This document shows, piece by piece, positions 25,701 through 40,700 of a stretch of 64,000 bases of DNA; position 1 is the stretch's first letter; each line of letters starts with the position of its first letter. The notes below the pieces were generated by a model, which saw only the letters and a program-made list of their open reading frames with translations, was not told where the DNA came from and made no database searches. The stretch spans positions 1,638,388-1,702,387 of the forward strand of contig NW_004797332.1 in assembly GCF_000002075.1 (NCBI RefSeq). The letters are read 5' to 3'. The position numbers and the translations under genes are program-made. This DNA comes from Aplysia californica. Lineage: Eukaryota.

Positions 25701-28700
25701 ACCGTCAGTAGAACTTGACGCAGCGCTCAGAGATTTTCTCTTCAACCAGCCCAGGAGTGACGGTGACTTGACCAGCTTGGGAGAACTGAGGTTGTTTTGA
25801 GGTTTAATTTTCTCTGAAACTGACAGGTCCTGGGAGGTGGCGGGCACAGGAGGTAGGTCAGCCGATGTAGATGTTCCTGGTGAATAAAATTGCATACAGA
25901 CATATGAGACACCACACAAACCAAATTCTTTAAGTTTTTGTAAGAGTTTTACAGCACTTGCAACACAACAAGGTCATATAAGTGACAAAGATTAAAGGTG
26001 TTACAAGAGGATAACAAACACAAAAAAGAAGCAAACCACATAAGAGCACTCACCAACCACCCACTCAAATTCTTTATCACTTTCTAGACTGACAAAAGCA
26101 ACATTCATTAAGACGTAAAATGTTCAAGAAATATGTGAGGCAGCGTGGAGGAATCAGGCTCTCGTCAATTTTTGGATATGTAGAGTTATTGGTATCATCT
26201 TAAAGCTTGTTCACTTGTCTTTATTTGGATGAAAAAAGTATCCATTTATCTTGAATACAAGTCGAGATATTAACGAAAGAAGGAGGTGGGGGTCACCTGT
26301 TTTCAGAGGTAAAATTAGTGAGAAAATGGCCGCCAAAGTTTAGTTATTTCCTTAGCTTAAGAGTCTGTGGTAACTGAAAATTTACATTTTCTGTGTTTTT
26401 AATCAACGTTTTTCAGAAAAGTCCACACAGAAATGAGTTCTTTAATGGGCATGAAAGGTGTTGAGCCAAAAAAACAAAAATTTAATCAATATTTACAAAC
26501 CTGGGGAAAAATGCAAGTTTCTTCATTTTGCTTATTTTGACGAGAGCCTGATTCCACCACGCTGCCTCACATATAATTTGTGGTTGCCCCAGATCTACTG
26601 ATGACAACCCCGCAGAGGCAGAACTCTGCCCCTTTGAGGGCTCACGACAGGAGCATTCAGTAAAATAGAATCTACTTAAGAGCCAATTCCGATCTATGAT
26701 TTGCAATGGTAAAGGACCTATTGATTACAAAAACATCTGCTGTAAAGTAAGTGTACGGGTTTAATGCCTCCATCAACACTATTAGGTTATTTAAAAGGCG
26801 GGACCTCCAAATTTTAACGTCCGTTTTGCAGTCTGGGATTCAAACGCGGGCCATCCGCTCCACAGTCCTGCACGATACCAACTGGGCTAATGGAGCATCC
26901 ACAACCGCTGTCATTTTGATTTGATAACAGATAATTATTCCCAATTGTGTGTCCAACGTTTGATTCAGTAAGTCCAAGGCTTCAGTCCCCAAGGCAATTT
27001 AGATAGATACTCCTTCAGGGACATCCATTCTTCCTTCCTGTGCCAGTCTACACTACAATGCCATGTTCGAGACAAACATCAGTTTTATAATAAATTTTGT
27101 AATGGTAGGGACTCTGACGGCATACTTAAATGTATTCCATCATCAGTCTACTCCCCTCCTATTTCTAGTTTTATGTTTTGTATGTTTTCTCAGACGAAAA
27201 GTTATCTGATCAGTTCTTTATGCGCCTCAAGTTCTCATCTTAAAAACAGTAAGAAAATATAGTTAAGCCTGCTTTAACAATCACCTATACAAACAATGCT
27301 TCCCGCTCTCCCTTTGCTTTAAAAAAAATATTATTAAGGAATATTATAATTATACTGTCCAAGACATCCAACTGTCAAAGACAACCACTTTTCTCAGCAA
27401 CAATGGATGGCTGTTTCAGACAACTTCAACTGCATGTTTTAATCAATAAAAGCTCCCCACCCCCTCCCCCTTCAGGAGAAGAAAGGGAGAGGGTTTTGGG
27501 AAGGAAGAAATGACGGCTAACAAAAAAGATACTGAAGAAAGAAAGGGAGAACAAAGAGAATTTTTTTTAAAAAGAAGTGCAAAGAGAAACAACATAACGT
27601 ATACAAGGCTAATTAGCAGCTATATAAAAAAGACAAGAGTGTGTACCTCTTTCCTTGGAAAACCTGCGTGCTCGCCCCACCCATGGTGGCAAACGCTCTT
27701 TGTCCAGTTCTCGGCAGAACACGCGCCAGAACTTTGTTTTAGCATCGTCAGACAGAGTAACCAGCTGGAAATGCAGATAGCATCACAGTAACCAAACACC
27801 TGACAAATGCTAAAGGGGGTGTAGAACATTTTTTGTTGTTGTAAACTGTAACAACCCCCCCCCCCCAAAAAAAAAAAACCCAACAAAATTTAGAGAAAGA
27901 AAAGCAAATCAACATTGCAAGGTTTTTGAGTTTCACTTAGAGTTCTATGGTACTTGCAGCATAAATATGTCATATAAGTACTGAAGATTAGAGGTGTTAC
28001 TAGAGAGCAACATACAAAGAAAAGAAGGAGGAAAGATAAGGGTGATAGTTAATAGAAAAAAGGGGCAAACAATACCAGAGCACCTGCTGACCACCCACAA
28101 GCTACAAAAGAAAGAAAGGCAACTGAAAGGCAACTCAATGTTGCAAGGTCAAATTTGTCCACGCAGCAAACAGATTAAGGGAGACACAGACAGTAAAGTC
28201 ACTAAAATTACAACTCAACAGGAACAATAAAACCCACAATGTCACACGTTGCTTTGTGAACACTGGAGCGATGAAAGGAACAACTTGAACAGCTGCTCCG
28301 TTGTAAGTTGTAATATGCAAGTAGAAGAAGTCACACGCAATTGTAGGATGAGGTATAGAAAAAGTTGCAACACATTGAAATCTAAGAGACTGTCTTAGCA
28401 TAATATTGTCATTTATCAAAATACAGTTGAACCTGTTCTAAGGACCACCTGCCCTGTCCAAGACAATCACCTGTATAACCCCCCCCCCCCCCCGCCTTTT
28501 TTTCTTTATTATAATGACATTGTCCTTGAAGACCACTTTTCTTTTCAGCAATGGGTTGTCTTCTTGGACAGGTTCAACTGTAAAGTCTGTAAGAAAACAA
28601 TGAAGGAAAAAAAAGTATTTACCTTCGTGACGTCGTTGGGGCACCATGCAACACTGGTAACTTCGGCTGTGTGACCTTTGAGGACGATCGGAGATGCCTT

Positions 28701-31700
28701 CGGTTTATTCACCTTTCATTTAGAAAAAGAGAGCGTAAAGAAAGATAGGTATTATAGATTTAATAAACACACCTTACATTTTATCGTCACTGTGCTAGCA
28801 AAATGGCACATTTCATTTAGCTACTTTTGAGATAAATGAAAAAAACTGTTTACCTACACTATTTATCATCTAATAACGGTAAGACTTCCCATGCATGTTT
28901 CTTTTGTGACTGCCAGCACATTTTTGTTTTGATTTTTTACCAAAATATAGATATAGTAACCACCACACAAAATAAAAGGCTAGTTGCATTTTGGCACAAC
29001 CCTGAGTAATGCCATTTTGCTTGCACAGTGACGATATGTAAGTATCTTTACCCATTTACCATTCCTGGCAACAACAAGAACTTTAGTTTTAATAAGAGTT
29101 TTACGGCACTTGCAACACAATAAGATCATAAAAATGCCAAAGATTAAAGGTGTTACTAGAGAGTAACATACAAAGAAAAGAAGGAGCAGAGATAAGAACG
29201 ATAAATGTTTGACAGGAAAGAAGGAGCACATCACACCAGAGCACCCTACCAACCACCCACAATTAGGTAATTATCTTAATGTTACATAACTGCCACACTT
29301 ATGTAGAGCTGTAAACACAAAACAAAAACAAGAATGCAAAACTTCCATCTCCGTTAATCGGTTAATGAGTACGACAGGCATATTGGAAAAAAACCAAGTA
29401 CCTGCCAGATGTAAGCCATGTCATCGCTAGAGCCACTCAGGAGATACTCGTTGTCTGGGCTGAGAGCTGACTTGACGTAGAAAGTGCTGTTTTTGTGTCC
29501 ACTCCAGCATTGCACTGAGGAAATAATCAAAAGCATTAATGCAGCTCAAGATTGAATATTTCAAAACTATAAAGAAAAAAGAACTGTCTTTCACAAGAAA
29601 ATGTCCATCAGAAAAAAAGATAAAAATTTTTAATTAAAGATTTTCTGTCACTCCTTTACATTACCATCTTATGAATAATAAAGAGCAATCATAGTTAGCG
29701 TAACTCTGCTTAATCTAGTAAAAAATTCTCCCAAAAAAATATTTTAATAAACCCCACAAGCATTCCTAGGCTTAATGGGTTATCTTGTCTTACCTCAGGC
29801 ATATAAAGAATTACAAGAGCATTTATCATGAGACATTGATAGCAAAGTCTCAAACTAAGCTACTCCAGGCTAGCCTAAGGGTAGAGTCGAAATAATCCAA
29901 GACAGTCACCCACTGCCATTATAACATTTTTTAAAACGGAATATAAGAGGATGGGAAGAGGTAATTTGTTATAGTGATTGTCTTGGACAGGAGACCATTA
30001 GAGCATGTTTGACTGAATTTATTCCAGATAAATTCCCTTTCCCTAGGTGTAAATGCACTAATATGAAAAATTCTAAATGGGCAAGCCTGAGCCTTCATGT
30101 GTAAAAGTCTTTTGAACGACAGAAATGTTTCCGTAAGCTGCACATAGATCTCTCAGAAAAAAAATCATATATATGACAACATTACAAATCATGAAGAAAA
30201 ATGTTTACTTCATGTATCTTACCAGGTTTATCACTGTAATTGTGAATGTTGTATTCGTAAATCTTGTCGTCTGTACAACTTGCAAACAATCGTAGCCCAT
30301 ACATATCCTTCACCAAGCTAGAGTATCCTGAAAGAAAGAAAGAGAGTGCAACTTTTAGTAGACTGGTGTCTACGGTTTAACAGTTAGGCACTTTGCTGGT
30401 GCACACAGAAGACCCAAGTTTGATTTTCTTATGGGGAGAATCTTTAATGAGCATCTCAGTCTTTCTGCTGGCATGTTTTATCTCTCTCAGCCCAGGTTGG
30501 CCCTGCTGGCAGGATCAAAGCCTGCCTCCTAAATGATTTATGTCCATGGGGGTGTAATAACACCTACATTAAGAAACAAATCATTGTGAGACCTCAGCCC
30601 TAATGCAGTAATACCTTCATTGGGAAGAGATTTCTTCAATAGGACCACAGACATCTTTTCAAACAAAATGTTCTTTAAGCCACAGTAAAACTCATCAAAA
30701 CTTACCGCGTTTCCTTGTGTTGGAGCCTGGGTAGTGAAACACATGCACTGGGGTGGCCCCTGTTCCTGCTCGATAAGTCTTGCGAATATCCCAAACCTTG
30801 AGACAACTGTAGAACAATTCCATCCCATACGTATTAGAGAAGAAACATTTCACAAATTCCCAAGTAACAGGGATCTATCATTCTCATCTCTCCTCTTTTT
30901 CTTTGCATGTTATGATCTAAAAAACACCTCTAATCTTCTGCATTTTTATGACCTAATTGTGTTGCAAATGCTGTAAAACTTTAACTAAAACTAAGCAAAC
31001 ATTTACATGGTGAGAATCAAAGTCAAGGTGGAGAGTGCATTTGGTATAAGAGATGTACACCAAAGTGTTAGAAGAGGGGATTTCAACAAAATTTACTGGA
31101 GGGAAGAAAAAAACCCCAAACCTTTCCTTTGAGAACTAAGCGATACACAGACAAAGATATAGATGACTTCAAATTCTTCTACTCAGATGACAAATGCAGT
31201 GTACAGGAGATGGTCTAAAAATTAAAAAACATTCAATAGACCTGCATGTGAGCCTCAACCAGATTGTCTGAAAATTTTGCGCAACCCCCCCCCCCCCCCC
31301 AAAGCCTTTGTGGGTGTCATAAGGAAGGACATCCGAGTAACGAGCGACCACCCCAACAAACACTAAAGAAGAGACCTAACCCTAACCCTACCCCCAAAAG
31401 AACCTGCAACGGGCCTCATGTAAAAAGGCCAAAACAAGTCCTAAATGGAAAAAAATAAATTTTTAATCAGAAAACCACACTCCAAAACAAACAAGGAGCA
31501 TATAGATATCAAGATCTATATGGCTTACATCTACATTGCTATAGACTATACGGTTTGATACAATAACTCAGCTGAGTCTAGATTCTAGATCTAGATCTAA
31601 ATAAATAAATAATTCACGCACCTGATGAAATGCTTATTTTTACCAATATTAATATTACAGCACAACCTATGATAGGGTTTGACACAATAGAATTGGAATA

Positions 31701-34700
31701 TGAATCCTCCATTGAGGTCTATAATGATCTATATAAATCTAGATCTAGGCTAGATCTAGATTCTATTAGAACAAGTGAGTCGGACTTGAATGAATCCACA
31801 CGATCTGAACAATTGAATTAGTCAACAAACAAAATTTAAAATGACCGCTCGAGCATGAAACTGAAAGTAGATAATTTAAGTTGTCGTCCTTTTTCGTATT
31901 CGCATTTCTACTTAGGTTCCGACAATTATGTCGGAAACGCCGACGTCGGCAGTCGGCGGTGCGCGCATCGGCGGTCGGCATGAAAACGCAGACGGGAGAA
32001 AAAGGGGTCGCTGGCAGTCGGCCAAGCCTCGCACTACGCGCATTGACTGATACAGACGGGCCTAGCGATAGCATCGGCCGGTTCGCGGGTCGGGTCGCAA
32101 TTGTCGGATTTCAGACGATTGTCGGCAAACATGCAGGTCTAATTCAATAAATAGCTTGAGTCCCTTCTGATATCAGCTGACATATTACTCATTAAAAAAA
32201 ACTTTTGAAATGATTATACCAAAAACTGAAAGCGCAGAATATTCAAATATTTATACTGATCAGGAGTATGCCAGTGGATGTTTTTTTTAAAGCAACAGAG
32301 CTTAGAAATTATTCCCGCAAACAGAACAGTCCACAACTGTTCAAAGAATTAAAGATTTTGAAAATGGTGAAATGGTATAGGTTTAACGCCCCTATCAACA
32401 CTATTAGGTTATTTAAGGGGCGGGACCTCCAAGTTTAACGTCTCTGATAGGACCGAGCCAAGTGGGAAGTTCGTGTAAAGTGCTTTTCCCAAGGACACAA
32501 CGTCGGACTGAGCTGAGGCTCGAACCCCCGAACTCGCAATCTCATGATTACGATTAACCACTAGGCTACCGATGCCACCTAAAGATTTTGAACGATTTCT
32601 GGGAATTGTTGGATTGTGCTAGTAAAGTGCTGATAAAATGTTTCGACGGTAAGATATAGTCACACAAGACAAGAATCAATTCCAATTGGGGTTTGTTTGT
32701 TTGTTTTAGTAGAGGTTTTACGGCGCTCGCAACTGCATAAGGTCATAAGAGCACCAGAAGAATAGAGGTGTTACAAGAGAGTAACAAACCGGCGGGTGTA
32801 CCACCCACTGTAATTCCTAAAATTCTTTTAAAGTGGCAACCCTCAACTATTATTTGTTTAAATATAATATGTACATATGTTTTAAACTAGTACAATCATC
32901 AAAATGCCAGCGTGGAGAAGGGGACCAAACTGGAACAAATCCTTCAGCACTGTAAGACACAGAGGGCTTTGAGACAGGAAACGTGGCCAACCCCACTGAC
33001 ACTACAAGAGAAAATATACAAGCCAACAGAGGAACTGAGCAGGACCGCCTAATATATGACAGATACCACACTTCAAGTGTGATGCGATCGAGAAGAAGTT
33101 AGAATTGTTTAAAATCTTGAACGTTCAGACTCACCCGTCCACAGCTCCTGCAGAGATGAGGTAGTTCTCGTTCTGGAACAAGACACACGTCACGCTTTGT
33201 TGCGCATTCTGGAATAAATGGAATCTGTCAGTTGCAACCTTATAACTAGACTGAGGAATGTAAATTTTCCTCAGTAAGTCCAACACACTTTTTAAAAATA
33301 TGTTACACATTTCAATTGTGAGAGATTTATAAGGTTAACTTTTTTCTTGCTTTATCCTTTTCAAAACTTCCAATTCTTTAGAAATCAATAAATACAGGAA
33401 GGAATTTGTAGCTAGAGAGAAGAGTAAAATTCTATTTTTCAGTGGGAACAAAACATCTTACTTCTAATCATTAACCATTTTGCAAGTCATCTTTCAATCA
33501 CATTGTAACTGAATTTAAGTGAAAATTAATGATTTGTGAAAGAAATTTGAGTAAAAGCTGACACTACTGAATGCACTACTTTTCCTCCTAAAGCACGGAT
33601 GAAAACCGAACAAAAGGAGATATCCACAAAACTTACCCCAACCACAGTAACTGGAGACTGCTTCCGGCTCCTTACTGATGAGGTTGCTCGCAACAATCTA
33701 TGTGCATGAGAGATAGTATTTACTGGAGGAACAACACCATCTGTAGAAAAAAAAAAAAAAGTGCCACATAATAATGAGATGAGCATGCACTTGTATAAGT
33801 ACAAAATCTGAACACCTGTACAAAGCCTTCCTCCTCATTCACGTGTGAATTCAGAAAATTGAAGGACCAGTTATTAGTCAAACTAATTCTTTGACATACT
33901 TTCTTGAAGCTTTGATATAAGTCTATCGGGTAAAGTTTAAGTTTACTTCTAGCTTGACATGAAAAAAGCTGGCAACATCAACAGNNNNNNNNNNNNNNNN
34001 NNNNNNNNNNNNNNNNNNNNNNNNNNNNNNNNNNNNNNNNNNNNNNNNNNNNNNNNNNNNNNNNNNNNNNNNNNNNNNNNNNNNNNNNNNNNNNNNNNNN
34101 NNNNNNNNNNNNNNNNNNNNNNACAGAGGGTAACACTTTCTAAGCTCCACAATAGCAGACAATAAGTTCACGCGAAAAGCAAAATAGGAACGGAAAAGAT
34201 AAAGAATAAAAGAAGGACCAGTCAGTGATGCCCTTCAAATGCTTACGATTAAATACCAATCACTTGCGTTCACACACCTTAAAGAACACCCCAAAATTAC
34301 CAAAATCATTTTGTGTCTATGCAGTGAGGGACTTCATCGGGATTACGACACTGACTTTGGGCAAATCAAAAACTAAACGTGCATTAAAACAGATGAGTTA
34401 AGCATTAACCCTAATAATTGACTAAAATAAATAACAAAAAACAAACCTTTATGGTAAATCCGTTTGTCCCATGTCATAATATGGCCATCTCGAGAGCCAG
34501 AACAGAAAACAGCTGTAAATGAAGACAGAAAACAAATTTCGTTTTACAAATTGAATAATTAGTTGAGGAGAAAAGTGGATACCTTAGACAGGTGGATGTA
34601 CTGTACAGTGCCAAAATTCAGAGGAGGGTGGTAGTGGTCATTATTTGTACAGGTTATTGTCTTGGACAGGTACCGTCAGAGTCAGAGCAGATTCAACTGT

Positions 34701-37700
34701 ATTTACATCAGGCTAAGTTTTATTGGTATTATGAAGAAATTGCTATTTGTAAAACTTTCCACCTATGGAATGTCTGATGAAAATCTTCATGCATCAATCA
34801 GCAATCTGTTTCAATGCTTCAGGCCTTTCCACCTTTCACAGCACCAAGGCCACTACTGATTGTGCAAAAGTTTAGTTACAAGCTTTATATTCTAATCACA
34901 TAATCACAACAGCAACCCCCCCCCCCCCCCCCCCCCCCAACTGTTAGTAAAACAAAGTTTGAAGTAACAAAGTAACAATCACATCCACAATCTTCTTAAA
35001 ACAAAACAAAACAGAAAAAGCTAGAAAAATAACGAGTGCTAACCATCATCGCCAACCCTGCAGGAGATTGACTTGATGCTGCTGGCGTGTCCTCGAAACG
35101 TCTCCAACTTCTGACCAGTGGGCACATCATGCAGGACAATCGTCTGGTCACCCGAACCAGAGAGAATTCTGTCTTCCCCCTGAAGCCATTCGAGGTCAAA
35201 CACGGCATTGGTGTGAATCTGCCAGGCTGTAAGAAAAACAGGATACTCCTTTCAGGGCACAATAAACTTAAATTTAACATTTGTTCCATAATGACATTAA
35301 GAGAGAAAAACACAGCATGGTACAAAGTGAGAAGAGTGAAAATGTATGGAGAACGCAATAAAAAAGATGCTAAAAAGATGCACGGAATTTATAAGTGGGA
35401 TGATATGGCTCTGCAAGAACGTTTAAGTCTCAGACTTTTCACAATCTGACACCTTCAAAGATCAAGAAACTGCCATTATGTTCAGACTTTCCATAACAAT
35501 AAAAATAATACTTACTTTTTATAATAGCATGTCTTGCAGTCTTATGTGTGTTGTACAAAATCAAATAACCATCCTCATCGACAACACTCAGAATATGCTG
35601 ATGCTGTGGCACTGGGAAAAAGAAAAAAATCAATCAAATTTGTTTCAATCATATGGGAATCAATCATACGGGAATGAGTGTTATAAAATTTTAACATTTC
35701 TTAATTGTATATGGTATTTGAAAGACATGAGGATTTTAGAGGGTGAGTTTTTTTTATTGATACCATTTGACTGAATCCAGATGTTATCTCATGTTTCCTT
35801 TTAAATCATTGTATTTATTCTATGGATAACTTTCAACTTGTAATTTCCAATCCTATGGTTAAATTAAGTCAAAGATCTTCAATTTTAAAGATATTTTACA
35901 AGGTGACGCCCTTTCAGGTCTTATAAAACAGCTGCTGAAAATCTAAATTTAAAAACTTTTTAGTAGTTTGGTCATGTTTACTAAATGAAGAACGAAAGAA
36001 AATACATATATTTATCCAGATCTTAAATTCAAAAGTACACAGAAATATGCCCATGACCACTTAAAGTTCACTTTGAACACACTGGGAGCAGCACCATTAA
36101 CCCTATCTATACGCCCTGAGGTCATTTTGCACCCCCGGGGTTGTATTCTTCACATTTTAGAAAACTTCTTGTAAGAAGATGTCTTTGAAACTTCCAGTAT
36201 TTCTCAAAAAATCATTTTGACAGACTGCTATGCAAAGCATACCGATCGGATTAAGGAGTAAATTTCCTCTTTTGAAAATGGAGGCACAGAGTTTCCTCAC
36301 GTCATATGGGTACGATAGTAAAACATGATGTACGGATAGGGTTAAATAAAGTTGACATCTTTTTCAGAGCTTAAAAACACAAATTGTAGTGTATTCATAT
36401 CATCACTTTTCAGCTCCCTTTTCATTTCTTTTTACTTCAGTATACTTCGATCTCATCATCATTCGCATAAATCAGGGATCATAGAGAAGGTTTTCGCCAA
36501 CTCTTGAACTTTGGCAGTCGATCTGATAGACTTTCGTAAATATTGTGCACCCCCCTCCACACCAGTTTAAAAGATGCAAAATAAACCAAAATATAGAAAC
36601 ATTTCACTAACAACTTTCCTCTTGTGCTTGATTGACTTTGTCCTCGTATGCGGGATGCCTTAGGGCTGATCTCAGGCTACTCAAGACCTACTGCAGTCCG
36701 ACTTAAGACAGGTGCGGTTAAGACCGCGGAGCAGATTTTGGGAAGCTCTCGCAACCTCGGAAAATCGCGGATCCACAGAAAACTGTAATCCTTGATAAAT
36801 GCAAGCCTTATATCATATGGTATCCCCCTTCCTCCCCCCCACTCTTCAACTATCTGAAGTATTGTGAATAACAGCAGTCTAAAACAATTTTTATGAAACA
36901 CTTTGCACTTACTTTTTGCAAAAGCACATGCCAAAGGGGGCACTGACATCTGTAGATGTAGAAACAAAAAGAAATGTTCAGAAACACTTTAAAAAGTACC
37001 TGAGCAGTGGCTAATGACATGTCTAGAATACACAATTTAAAAAAAACAAAACATTTTAAAACAAAATAATTAAAGGAACAACACTAATCGCATGATCAAA
37101 TAAAAACTCAAACGATTTAAGCTACAATATGTTATGCACTTGATTATGCATTTATTTTCACAGATTTCTGGTTGTAAATTACAGTAAAGGGTTGGCTTCT
37201 GTTATCATCTCTCAAATGATGCCGGAGAAAACAGACAACATCGCTATTGCCCCTGAGCCAGTGTCTTACCTTCCCTTTGCATAAAAACATCTAACGAAAG
37301 AAAGTTAACGTTCATGGTTTCATCAGCATATAAGTACACAGGAAGCATACAACAAGTAGAATGATAACATCAAGTTCAAGTTGAAAGTCAACAAATATAG
37401 ATTCCACTCACCGAGGAGAGGTGTTTAAGGTATAAGAATAGTTTTGCCTTGGTGTGTTCCAGCCCAGCTTCTCAAACTCCTTGACCGTTCTCCACAGATT
37501 TTATTTTTATTGGGTCTCCCTCTTTTTTATTTGCCGCCTGAAGCCTCTACAAAGTCCAGCCCATTACCAAGTCTTCAATCTTGAGGACAGAATTATAATT
37601 ATGACAATAAACATCACAGGTTTTTTTTTAGTTTCTCATTCTATCACCACAATTACTTTTAGATTAAAATCCTGTGGAAAACAAAACTGTATCCTATAAG

Positions 37701-40700
37701 GTCTATGATTTTCATCAAGTATTATAAAGTACAAGACTCACCCCATCATCGTCGACTGTGGAATATTCATCCGAGCTATAATTCTTGAATTTTGTGAGTA
37801 AAAAGGATAGATCTGACGGAGGCAGCATTCGTCCAACTGAAAATTGATTTTAAAAAACAAAACAAAGCAGTTATAGGTCATTCTAAATCAAGACCAACAT
37901 CTTTGTCACATGTCGAGACTTAAATCTATAATAGTACATTCTAAAAGCTGTTTCCAGCTCAAGACAAGGCAAGTCCAATGCAGCACAGTGAAAACCAAAC
38001 ATAACATAAAGCTATCACTGTAATCCACAAATAACCTGTTTGAAAAGGAAAGCCATTCCAAAAAAAAAAATGTTTTTAATTATTAAAAAACAGAAAGGAT
38101 AAAAACACAATTATTTTTATATTCAAGCCTCACACAAGTATAATTCTATAACAGAGGCCAACAAGTATACTTAAAGGTCACTGAAGTCATTGGTTTGCAG
38201 ACACTCGAGATCAACACTGTGGTCCACACCATGATGAGCCAAACGGTCAAGTGTCGGGAGAAAGCTTCCTTTCAAAGATATTCTCATACATACACATTGA
38301 TGTTTGATTGGCAGTCAATCTTTTGGGAGAGAGACGTGGTTGAATGCTTTTGATCTCTTCCCTGAAAGAATTTCTGTGGGTGGAGACGCCCTGTCCAGAA
38401 GACTAGATGTTTTTCAAAATTTGCTACACGAGTGACTAAACAGATCAAATGCCGAACTAAATTTAAAAGTAGAGGGAGAAACCATCTTGGAGATCATAAA
38501 GGACTCCTATTCTACAGGATGAGAAAAGAAAATTCCTTTTTTAAAATCAAAATGCAAACTCATACTAGTAGAGTTGGTAAATAGCATTACACAGAGAAGG
38601 GGGATGCAACGAAGATCAAGGATTGAGAGTTTAGTTTCTTTCTCTGTGCATGCTCATAGCAAACACAGTGAACAGATTTTCAGGTCTCAATTTTTTTTAA
38701 AGTAAAGAAATATTTAAAGCATGTACAAAGCGAATTCTGAATATGACGAAAAGATTTCCACATTCCATTGATTTCGCAATGAGCATGCTAGACTGTAGTC
38801 TTATTGGTACAAGGAAAGTACCCCCCCCCAAATGTATTGTAAACATCTCAGCTAGAGTATCTACTACCTACTTGAGGTGTAGATGTGATATTTTTCCTGC
38901 AACTTTTCAAGAGGCAAAATTAAACCTCACGGACCTGGCTGGTCAAAAAGGTCCTGGAACGACATAACATGTATATATATATATCTATCCACAGACGCCA
39001 CACACTTTGCACCTCCCCACGACATCCTAAGGATACCAGATGTAACCATGCAGAAGAAGGAAAAAGTTAAAAGTTAAAAGTAAAAACCTCATACTTAAAC
39101 AGCATTTTGACCTCACAAATGCCTCATCTAGTGAAGGCTATTATTATGAGTGTACCTAGTCAGGTGTAACTCAGATTATTTTTGTGTCATTAGGCTAGTT
39201 GTGTAAGTATTATAATCACATATAGTATAATTATCATATTGAATTGAGTGTTCAGGCCCAGTTGGGTAGCCAGTAGTGAAGTGTGGTGTAAATCTACTGT
39301 GTCTGGGGGTGTCTATCATATTGCCTGCGAACACAACATATCCCACCGAATTCCTACCTAAATAGGAGGATCTGTAAGGACACCCCACCTGGACTGCCCT
39401 TTGTGTGACTGCCAGGATAATATGAAGACACCTTTATTCTGGGGGGAGAATAACCCAAGTCTCGCTATTATAATTATCACCACCCCCCTCCTGGAGAGAA
39501 TAGCTCCCACCCTGGTGTGGGCATGAAGCGAGGACTCCCCCCCTGATCTCTCGAAGGTCGATAAAATCACCTAGGCCCTTGGTGGCTTACCGCATGTGGT
39601 TGGGAACTAATAATAATAATAATGTAAAAACATTTTTCGCCTCTCCAGTAAAAAAAAAAGCCTAACTATCGACGCTACTGGGCAGGATGTTGGACCGGCC
39701 ACACCATTCGTTGTTTACACACTTTACGATGGCAGGCCTCTCACTCTCTGTCTGCCTGCACACAATAATGCTCCTGCGCGACGGTAGAAGGGTTGTAATC
39801 ATTCAGACCAAATGGGCGAGGGCGTTAAATCGTGTTAACTAGTTTAATAATTAAACAATCCCAGCTCTTTTCTTCAATTTTCTTTTCTTCTTTCCCTTTC
39901 TTCTTACATTTGGAGTTAGGAGCCAAAAAAGAGCCAGAGAGCCAAATGAAATATTCTCCGGGCCAGACGTGATCCAAAAGAGCCAAATTTCTGGGATTTG
40001 GCTCCAAACTGACAACTCTGACTGTGACTATTCGGACACGAACAGAGACGAGGATGATGCTGTGGAGATTCAGCCATGGGTCAAGCCGGCTAACATCAGC
40101 CCTGATCCCTCTAGGGTAATTTCCGGTAAAATGAGGGGCTGAGAATAGCGAGACATGGGTTATTCTCACCCGGGGTGAGAATAACCACTTCCTAAATATG
40201 ATACAGTATCGCACCATCTCTTTACCTTATTTTGCACTTAGCGACCTGCTTAGCACCTAGAAATCTAGATATAATCAAGATCTAGATCTATTCTAGATCT
40301 ACCTCTGCCTCTCCAGATATCAGAAATACTTTAGTCTTTAGACTATAAAGTAAAGCGACAAAACACAGCTGATAAATTCAGTCCCATTCGACAGACCAAA
40401 GGGCTAGAACCCAGATGGCCTCTGGATCAGATATAGATCTAGATTCTAGATTCTAGATCTAGAGATCTAGATCTAGAGATCTAGATCTGGAAGGACTTCC
40501 GTAACGAGCGACCACCCCATCAAACACAATATAAAGAAGAGGCCTAAACCTAAACCTACCCCAAGCCCTCAATTCTGCTCTGTCTCATAGTGGTCGCTCG
40601 TTACGGAAGTCCTCCCCTAGATCTAGACTTTGATCTAGATTCTAGATCTCCTTGGCCCTAAAATAGGCTAAAAGCGAAGTAGCCAGGAGTAAGTGTGCCT

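Noticed and set aside
37270-37590. Strong minus-strand donor sites in DTL intron 2 (possible extra exons)
   Set aside because: In-frame stops, no similarity to DTL, and the flanking exons already join in phase. A poison exon cannot be excluded without RNA data.
38228-38270. Possible hammerhead ribozyme core (tgatgag...)
   Set aside because: Lacks CUGANGA with a properly placed GAAA and the required stems.
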